Of a DNA stretch of 64,000 nt, positions 58,323 to 64,000 are shown one piece after another. Positions within the stretch are counted from its first letter, which is position 1, and each line of letters opens with the position of its first letter. A model generated the notes under the pieces. The model ran no database searches. It was not told where the DNA came from and worked only from the letters and a program-made list of their open reading frames with translations. The stretch is from NCBI GenBank assembly GCA_045537905.1, contig JAZSQJ010000053.1:36295-100294 (forward strand), read 5' to 3'. The position numbers and the translations under genes were made by a program. The DNA comes from Eubacteriales bacterium. GTDB taxonomy: Bacteria > Bacillota > Clostridia > Oscillospirales > CAG-382.

Positions 58323-59113
58323 AGAAAACCGTAGGAATATTTGACTCGGGTCTCGGAGGTCTTACGGCGGCGTATGAATTTGAGCGTTTGTTTGGCGGCA
58401 AAAAATATATCTATTTCGGTGACACCGCCCGTGTACCCTACGGCTCTAAATCCGCAAGCACGATCCGCCGTTACGCAGTACAGGATACAGGCTTTCTTCT
58501 GTCCAAGGGGGCGTCTCTTATCATTGCCGCCTGCGGCACGGTCAGCACCAACGCTATCGAGACCTTAAGACAGCGTTTTTCTATCCCCGTAATCGGGGTA
58601 GTAGAGCCGGCGGCGGAAAAAGCGGCAAAAATTGCCTCTGCAGGCAAGGGCAAGGTGCTTGTTCTGGGTACCGAGGCGACGGTAAAAAGCGGTGCCTACG
58701 AGCGTGCAATTGCAAGCGTAGACGGCAAGCTGCAGGTACGCTCCGTAGCCTGTCCAATGTTTGTTCCCCTGGTAGAAAACGGCTACACCAAGGGTGAAGC
58801 GGCAGAGCTTTTCGTAAAGGAATACCTGTCACCCTATTTGTCCTATGAGGCGGATGCGGTTATCCTCGGCTGTACCCACTATCCTCATTTGTCGGAGACT
58901 ATAGCTGCCTTTCTGAAGGGCAGTCAGCTTGTCAATTCGGGCAGGGAAGCGGCAGAGGCAGTATCAAGGCTTATTTCCGTAGAGGAGGCGTCAGAGGGCG
59001 AGGCAGAGTTTTACGTCAGCGACGCACCGGAAAGCTTTGCAAAGCTGGCAAGCGTATTTTTGAAAAGAGACGCCAAAGAGGGCGTAGAATGTATTGATAT
59101 AGAAAGCTACTGA
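58319..59113 (+). CDS. murI: Glutamate racemase
   Basis: IFDSGLGGLT and the catalytic Cys contexts IAACGT and LGCTHYP. ATGA overlap with ddl. Confidence 0.88.
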   Translation: MKKTVGIFDSGLGGLTAAYEFERLFGGKKYIYFGDTARVPYGSKSASTIRRYAVQDTGFLLSKGASLIIAACGTVSTNAIETLRQRFSIPVIGVVEPAAEKAAKIASAGKGKVLVLGTEATVKSGAYERAIASVDGKLQVRSVACPMFVPLVENGYTKGEAAELFVKEYLSPYLSYEADAVILGCTHYPHLSETIAAFLKGSQLVNSGREAAEAVSRLISVEEASEGEAEFYVSDAPESFAKLASVFLKRDAKEGVECIDIESY

Positions 59114-59115
59114 TT

Positions 59116-59571
59116 ATGAAAATTCCTGTTGAGATAATGGTAAGCAACAAAAGGCTTGATTATAGAGAGCTGTCAGGGGTAAGCGATATTCCTGCCCCCA
59201 AGGAGAGCGTTGACAGCTATATAGGATATTTAAGGCTCACGTCAAGGGGCTTCGTGCTGGAATACGTCGAGGAAAACGACGGCTTTGACACCTTGGAGAC
59301 CAGCGTGATATATAAAAACGGCACCGTGCTTCTCAGCCGCAGGGGAGAGATAGATACCAACCTTGTGTTTATACAGGGCGTCTCCTGCGACTGTGTGTAC
59401 TACAGCGGCTACAGGCAGTTCAGCCTTCGTGTCAACACAAGCAAGCTGGGTACGGATATTACTGCCTTGGGCGGTAAGCTCAGCATAGACTACACGGTGG
59501 ATATAATGGGCAACACGGCAGAAAAAAACACCCTTTGCCTGTCCGTGTGCCCCATAGAAAGCATAAGTTAA
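59116..59571 (+). CDS. DUF1934 (YwiB-like) beta-barrel protein
   Basis: 151 aa. The pattern ...LEYVEE...TSVIYKNGTVLLSRRGEIDTNLVFIQG...YYSGYRQFSLRV... fits the family by eye. Confidence 0.5.
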   Translation: MKIPVEIMVSNKRLDYRELSGVSDIPAPKESVDSYIGYLRLTSRGFVLEYVEENDGFDTLETSVIYKNGTVLLSRRGEIDTNLVFIQGVSCDCVYYSGYRQFSLRVNTSKLGTDITALGGKLSIDYTVDIMGNTAEKNTLCLSVCPIESIS

Positions 59572-59587
59572 AAAGGGCGGATATTAT

Positions 59588-60520
59588 ATGACTGTAAAAA
59601 GAACGATAAAGCTGCTTTCCTCTGTGGACAACTATTTTATAATGCCCAAAATGAGTGCAGAGCAGTTAAGACAGCTAAGCCTTTCAGAGCTTAGGGTGCT
59701 GTTATACACAGCCTCAGGCGGTACGGCTTCTATAAACGCTATGGCAGAGTCACTGGAGATAAGTGCAGACGAGGCGGACGGAGCACTGACTAAGCTGGAG
59801 ACCTTGGGTATCGTAGAGGTCAAGGAGGAAAAGGCAAAGAAAACAAAGTCCACCCCAAGCTCTCAATACGACAGTGAGGAGATTGCAGACGCAGTGGAAA
59901 AGGACAGCAGCTTCCGTGCCGTTGTAAGCTTTTCCTCGGACAAGTTGGGCAAACAGCTTAACCGTAACGACCTTAACACCCTTTATGCCCTGTATGATTA
60001 TTACGGAATGTCTGCCGATTTGGTATGCGGTATAGTGGAGTATTGCGTTTCCTTGGATAAGCGTAACCTGTCTTACGTATTCAACACGGCTCTTGCAATG
60101 CAGGCAGACGGTATAAGCGACTACGAAGCTCTGGAGGGTTACATAAAGGCAAAGCGTACGGCAGACGGCAAGGCAAGCCGTTTCCGCAAGCTGTGCGGTA
60201 TCGGCAACAGAGAGCTTACCGCAAAGGAACGCAGTTATACCGACCGTTGGTTCGGTGAGATGCGTCTTAGCTTTGACCTGGTAAAGCTGGCATACGAAAT
60301 CACGGTAAACAACACGGGGGAGATAGCCTTGCCCTATATGTCCAAGATACTGGAAAAATGGCACGCCAAGGGTATAAGGACTGCCGAGGATGCGGAGAAG
60401 CACGAGGCAAGCAAGCCAAAGAAGGCTGAAAGCCACAGCGGAGACAAGGAGCTGGAGGAGCTTATGCTGGCGGCGGCAAACAAAGGCTTTTTGAAGCCTG
60501 AGGAGGACGGCGATGATTGA
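59588..60520 (+). CDS. DnaD/DnaB_2 domain replication initiation protein
   Basis: N-terminal winged-helix-like region. Two DnaD-type repeats are present (LNTLYALYDYYGMSADLVCGIVEYC and ALPYMSKILEKWHAKGIRTAEDAE). Confidence 0.7.
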   Translation: MTVKRTIKLLSSVDNYFIMPKMSAEQLRQLSLSELRVLLYTASGGTASINAMAESLEISADEADGALTKLETLGIVEVKEEKAKKTKSTPSSQYDSEEIADAVEKDSSFRAVVSFSSDKLGKQLNRNDLNTLYALYDYYGMSADLVCGIVEYCVSLDKRNLSYVFNTALAMQADGISDYEALEGYIKAKRTADGKASRFRKLCGIGNRELTAKERSYTDRWFGEMRLSFDLVKLAYEITVNNTGEIALPYMSKILEKWHAKGIRTAEDAEKHEASKPKKAESHSGDKELEELMLAAANKGFLKPEEDGDD

Positions 60521-61484
60521 TAATACAGGGCTTAGCATACAGGCAGAGATAAACGAAAAACGCAAAAAAGCCATAGCAGAGGCTGACCGCCGTCAAAGGG
60601 AGACCGAGGCGGCAATACCTGCCCTGGCTGATATAAACCGCCGTATAAACGGCATAGGTCCCAGACTTCTGGCACTGGGAATAGAGGGTGCCAAGGACTT
60701 TGAGGAACGCTCTGCGGCTCTCTACCGTGAGCACGAGGCTTTAATAGCGGAAAAGGGTGCATTGCTTAAGGCAAAGGGCTATGCAGAGGACTATGATATG
60801 CCCGTGTTTGAGTGTAAGGAGTGTAACGATACAGGCTTCGTGGGTAAAACGCTTTGCTCCTGCTTCAAAAAAATAAGGGCAAAAAGGGCGTACTACGCCT
60901 CAGGTCTTGGCAAGGCATTGGCGGGTCAGACCTTCGAGAGTATAGATATGCGTTACTACGGCGGCACCACTCCCGGCGGACTGCCTGTAAAGACTATAAT
61001 GACCAACAATATCGAGTACTGTAAGGCGTATGCCAACAGCTTTAAGGCAGGGGCAGAAAACCTGCTTATCATAGGCGGAGCAGGGCTTGGCAAAACCCAC
61101 GTCAGCTCTGCAATAGGTCACGTAGTAATAAACAAAGGCTATAACGTGGTATACGAAAGTGCACAGAATATAGTGGGTGCCTTTGAGGACGAGCATTTTG
61201 GCAGAAGCCACGAGGACAAAACCGGCCGTTTTCTGGACTGCGACCTTCTTATAATGGATGACCTGGGCACCGAGTTTGGCACCGCCTTTACCCTGTCGGC
61301 GCTGTTCAGCCTTATCAACCACCGTATAATAAACGGACTGTCCACGGTGATAACCACCAACCTTAACTTTACCGAGATAGAGGCAAACTATAAGGAGAGG
61401 ATATGCTCCCGTCTCAGGGGCGAGTACACCACTCTTGTGTTCTGCGGTAACGATATAAGGCGTATCAAAAAGGAGAATAAATGA
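60513..61484 (+). CDS. dnaI: DnaC/DnaI-type helicase loader ATPase
   Basis: N-terminal zinc motif CKECNDTGFVGKTLCSC, Walker A GGAGLGKTH, Walker B LLIMDDLGTE. Confidence 0.75.
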   Translation: MIDNTGLSIQAEINEKRKKAIAEADRRQRETEAAIPALADINRRINGIGPRLLALGIEGAKDFEERSAALYREHEALIAEKGALLKAKGYAEDYDMPVFECKECNDTGFVGKTLCSCFKKIRAKRAYYASGLGKALAGQTFESIDMRYYGGTTPGGLPVKTIMTNNIEYCKAYANSFKAGAENLLIIGGAGLGKTHVSSAIGHVVINKGYNVVYESAQNIVGAFEDEHFGRSHEDKTGRFLDCDLLIMDDLGTEFGTAFTLSALFSLINHRIINGLSTVITTNLNFTEIEANYKERICSRLRGEYTTLVFCGNDIRRIKKENK

Positions 61485-61963
61485 AAGCGGTAAATATATA
61501 CACCGACGGTGCTTGCCGTGGCAACCCCGGTAAGGGCGGCTACGGCGTAGTGCTTGAATACAAGGGCAAGGAGAAGGAGCTGTCTGCAGGCTACCGTTGC
61601 ACTACCAACAACCGTATGGAGCTGTTGGCGGCGATAAGGGGTCTGGAGGAGCTTAAGGAGCCCTGTCAGGTTACCCTCTACAGCGACTCCAAGTATCTGG
61701 TGGATGCCATAAGCCAGGGCTGGGCGGTAAAGTGGCGTGCCAAGGGCTGGAAGCGGGCAGACGGTAAAAAAGCTCTTAACCCCGACCTGTGGGCAAGACT
61801 GCTGGCACTGCTTGAAAAGCACCAAACCACCCTCGTATGGGTAAAGGGACATAACGGTCACCCCTATAACGAGCGTTGCGACGTGCTGGCAACCACTGCG
61901 GCTGATGGCGACGGCTTGCTTGAGGACGAGGAATACATCAGTCAGGAGGGCGGTAATTTATGA
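61481..61963 (+). CDS. rnhA: Ribonuclease HI
   Basis: IYTDGACRGNPGKGGYG, TNNRMEL, DSKY and VKGHNGHPYNERCD motifs; 160 aa. Confidence 0.9.
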   Translation: MKAVNIYTDGACRGNPGKGGYGVVLEYKGKEKELSAGYRCTTNNRMELLAAIRGLEELKEPCQVTLYSDSKYLVDAISQGWAVKWRAKGWKRADGKKALNPDLWARLLALLEKHQTTLVWVKGHNGHPYNERCDVLATTAADGDGLLEDEEYISQEGGNL

Positions 61964-62160
61964 AACAGCTGGTGGGGGACACCCCAATGGAGCAGGGTCA
62001 AAGGGTAGAGATTATCTTTTCCAACGGCGACAGGGAAAAGGGAACCTATCAGTATTCCTTTGGCTACAACCATAGCTTTGATTTGGATAAAGGCAGTACC
62101 GTGGTGCTTAGCAACCACTTTATGCGTCTTAAGGGCATAAGAGTAAAGATAATTGATTAA
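61960..62160 (+). CDS. Small hypothetical protein
   Basis: 66 aa. ATGA overlap with rnhA and GGAGGG RBS. No recognisable motif. Confidence 0.45.
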   Translation: MKQLVGDTPMEQGQRVEIIFSNGDREKGTYQYSFGYNHSFDLDKGSTVVLSNHFMRLKGIRVKIID

Positions 62161-62182
62161 TTAAAAAGGAGAATACACGGCT

Positions 62183-64000
62183 ATGAAAAGAAGTTTGGTT
62201 TTCGTTCTCACAGCGCTGCTTTTGGCGGTAAGTATGATGCTTCCTGCCAATGCCTTGCCCATTATAAGCGGCGAGACTGACGGTAGCACAACCACCATTG
62301 CCAAGGGCGTAAGCTTTACCAAGGCGGCTGTTGAGGGCAGTCCCTACGGCAAGCAGAAGTTTAATATTATAGAGTTTGACCTGGCAGAGCGTAGCCTGGA
62401 CCTTGCTATTCTTAAAAACGAGTACATTGTTAAAAAGTCCACGGTAGGCGGCTTTGTAAACGCCTACAACACCGCCCACGCCGAGGAGGGCAAGGAGGTT
62501 ATTGCCGCTGTAAACGGCGACCTTTGGATGACAGAAATCCACAGTAACGCCAATATGAGTAAAAGCGTTCTTACGGTACCTCGCGGTATGCTTATGTCTG
62601 ACGGGATAATCTACTGTTCCTCCCAGACCGTTAACGAGTCTGCCCATACCACCAACGGTGAGGGACCCGTTACCTTCTGGGCCTTTGGCATCACGGAGGA
62701 TTACGTTCCTATGCTTGGACAGCCTATCGTTAATCTGGACGTAAAAAATACCACCCAAGGTCTTAGCACCGACACTCAGGCGTATAACCGTCTTCCCGCT
62801 CCCAACACCCTGGTTATTTACGACGGCAACTGCAATTACACCAACTTTGCCCTTGACGATGCCTACGAGGTTGTACTTACCGATATAGAGGGTCAGTTCA
62901 CCTGCGGCGGCACCGTAAGCGGCACTGTTTCTGCAATATACCCCTCCAATGATGAAGCCAGCCCTGCACTGGATAATACCAGTATCGTTCTCACTGCCCG
63001 CGGGGACAAGGTGGCAACGATAAGCGGCTACCAGGTAGGCGACAAGGTTACGATAGACGTAAGCATCAGCGATGCATCGGGCAGACCTAACGATTGGTCT
63101 AAGGCTGTCCTTTCCATCGGCGGTCATATGCCCCTGGTTCTGGACGGCGTTTCTACTAACCCCTCCGGCGTTGGCAACTACCCCTCCACGATTATAGGCT
63201 ACAAAAACGACGGTAAGATAGTGTTCATACAAAACGACGGCAGACAGTCTAACTGGAGCCTTGGTCTTAATTACAATTATATGGACGACCTCGTAATGCA
63301 GCTTGGTGTAAACACCTGTATCCACCTTGACGGCGGCGGCTCCTCCACTATGATAGTAGGGGACGAGCTGGTAAATAAGCCCAGTGACGGAACCGCCCGT
63401 GCCTGCATCAACGGCATTGCCCTTGTTTCCTGTAACGAGGAGAGGGCGGCTCAGGGTGAGTTTAAGCCTAAGCTCCCCTATAGGTTTAACGCCCGTTATC
63501 TCTCCTTTGCAGAGGAAGGTGCGGCAAACGTAATCTCCTCAGGCTACGGCAACACCACCACGGTCACAGCCGTAGAGGGTGCGGTTCGTCTTAGTGCTTC
63601 CACCGACACCATCGACCCATACCAGTACTATGCAGTGTCCTCTGCTTTCAATACCCTCAGTGCCGGTCAGTACAAATACATAGTTATGAAGTATAAAACC
63701 GGCGAAAACGTAACCACTCCTTCAACCGAGCTGTTCCTCTGTGCAGGTAACATAGGCAGTCCCACCGGGGGCTACTCTGTACGCTTCCAGCACGAAACGG
63801 CAGGCCAGTGGAACACACAGATAATTGACCTTAACGGCGTTTCCTACTGGACGGGCACCATCCACGGCATCCGTCTGGACTACTTTGGCGGTAACGCCAA
63901 GGCTGGGGAATATATGGATATCGCATATATAGCCTTTGCAAAAACAGAGGCAGACGCTCTTGCTTACGCTAACGGCACGGCAGAGCTGCCTACTATCCCG
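62183..64000 (+). CDS. Secreted phosphodiester glycosidase (NAGPA/DUF2233) domain protein, 3'-truncated by the window edge
   Basis: Not in the ORF track because there is no stop in the window. I read ATG 62183 (AAAGGAG RBS) through 64000 without a stop (606 codons). Signal peptide MKRSLVFVLTALLLAVSMMLPANA. NGDLWM...IGGHMPLVLDG...CIHLDGGGSSTM is typical of the family. Confidence 0.75.
   Translation, partial: MKRSLVFVLTALLLAVSMMLPANALPIISGETDGSTTTIAKGVSFTKAAVEGSPYGKQKFNIIEFDLAERSLDLAILKNEYIVKKSTVGGFVNAYNTAHAEEGKEVIAAVNGDLWMTEIHSNANMSKSVLTVPRGMLMSDGIIYCSSQTVNESAHTTNGEGPVTFWAFGITEDYVPMLGQPIVNLDVKNTTQGLSTDTQAYNRLPAPNTLVIYDGNCNYTNFALDDAYEVVLTDIEGQFTCGGTVSGTVSAIYPSNDEASPALDNTSIVLTARGDKVATISGYQVGDKVTIDVSISDASGRPNDWSKAVLSIGGHMPLVLDGVSTNPSGVGNYPSTIIGYKNDGKIVFIQNDGRQSNWSLGLNYNYMDDLVMQLGVNTCIHLDGGGSSTMIVGDELVNKPSDGTARACINGIALVSCNEERAAQGEFKPKLPYRFNARYLSFAEEGAANVISSGYGNTTTVTAVEGAVRLSASTDTIDPYQYYAVSSAFNTLSAGQYKYIVMKYKTGENVTTPSTELFLCAGNIGSPTGGYSVRFQHETAGQWNTQIIDLNGVSYWTGTIHGIRLDYFGGNAKAGEYMDIAYIAFAKTEADALAYANGTAELPTIP

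Overview
This 64-kb chromosomal window comes from a moderate-GC member of the Clostridia. It is most likely a Ruminococcus-like (Oscillospiraceae) gut or rumen organism. That placement is an inference from cellulosome-type dockerin modules, BspA-type leucine-rich-repeat (LRR) surface proteins and PPi-based glycolysis genes; no database search was possible. I call 57 protein-coding genes. Two are cut by the window edges, and one of these (62183..64000) is absent from the supplied ORF track because it has no stop in the window. I also call one tRNA-Pro(GGG) with its own promoter and terminator, about 15 sigma-A-type promoters and about 13 rho-independent terminators. Layout: 1-7.8 kb holds a GH3 fragment, the tRNA, two metallophosphoesterases, a sigma-like hypothetical pair and a heterodimeric ABC exporter. 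7.8-23.7 kb is an accessory block of secreted or surface proteins: five dockerin proteins with no recognisable CAZyme domain, LRR proteins, a large lipoprotein and an AbrB-type regulator. 24-31 kb carries cysK, PPi-PFK, class II aldolase and adhE plus a translationally coupled kinase-fold gene. 31.7-34.4 kb carries two LRR lipoproteins. 34.5-62 kb is a long plus-strand housekeeping run: thyX, tmk, mltG, a U32 peptidase, a four-subunit 2-oxoacid:ferredoxin oxidoreductase (OFOR), ispDF, an M16 peptidase pair, lgt, folD, yfhO-like, hppA, ddl, murI, dnaD/dnaI-like and rnhA. No transposase, integrase, CRISPR array, rRNA or recognisable defence gene is present. Four observations most deserve a second look. 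(1) An in-frame TAG, immediately followed by ATG, sits at a conserved Gln position and splits the oxidoreductase alpha subunit. (2) A family of structured non-coding modules is shared, in circularly permuted order, by the two largest intergenic regions (23.7-24.1 kb and 31.2-31.6 kb). It includes a stem-loop with a conserved apical palindrome and a compensatory indel. (3) The dockerins fall into two sequence classes, and one protein combines SLH-like repeats with a dockerin. (4) A perfect 28-bp tandem duplication carries an extended -10 promoter. All functional calls rest on motif recognition by eye and need HMM or BLAST confirmation.
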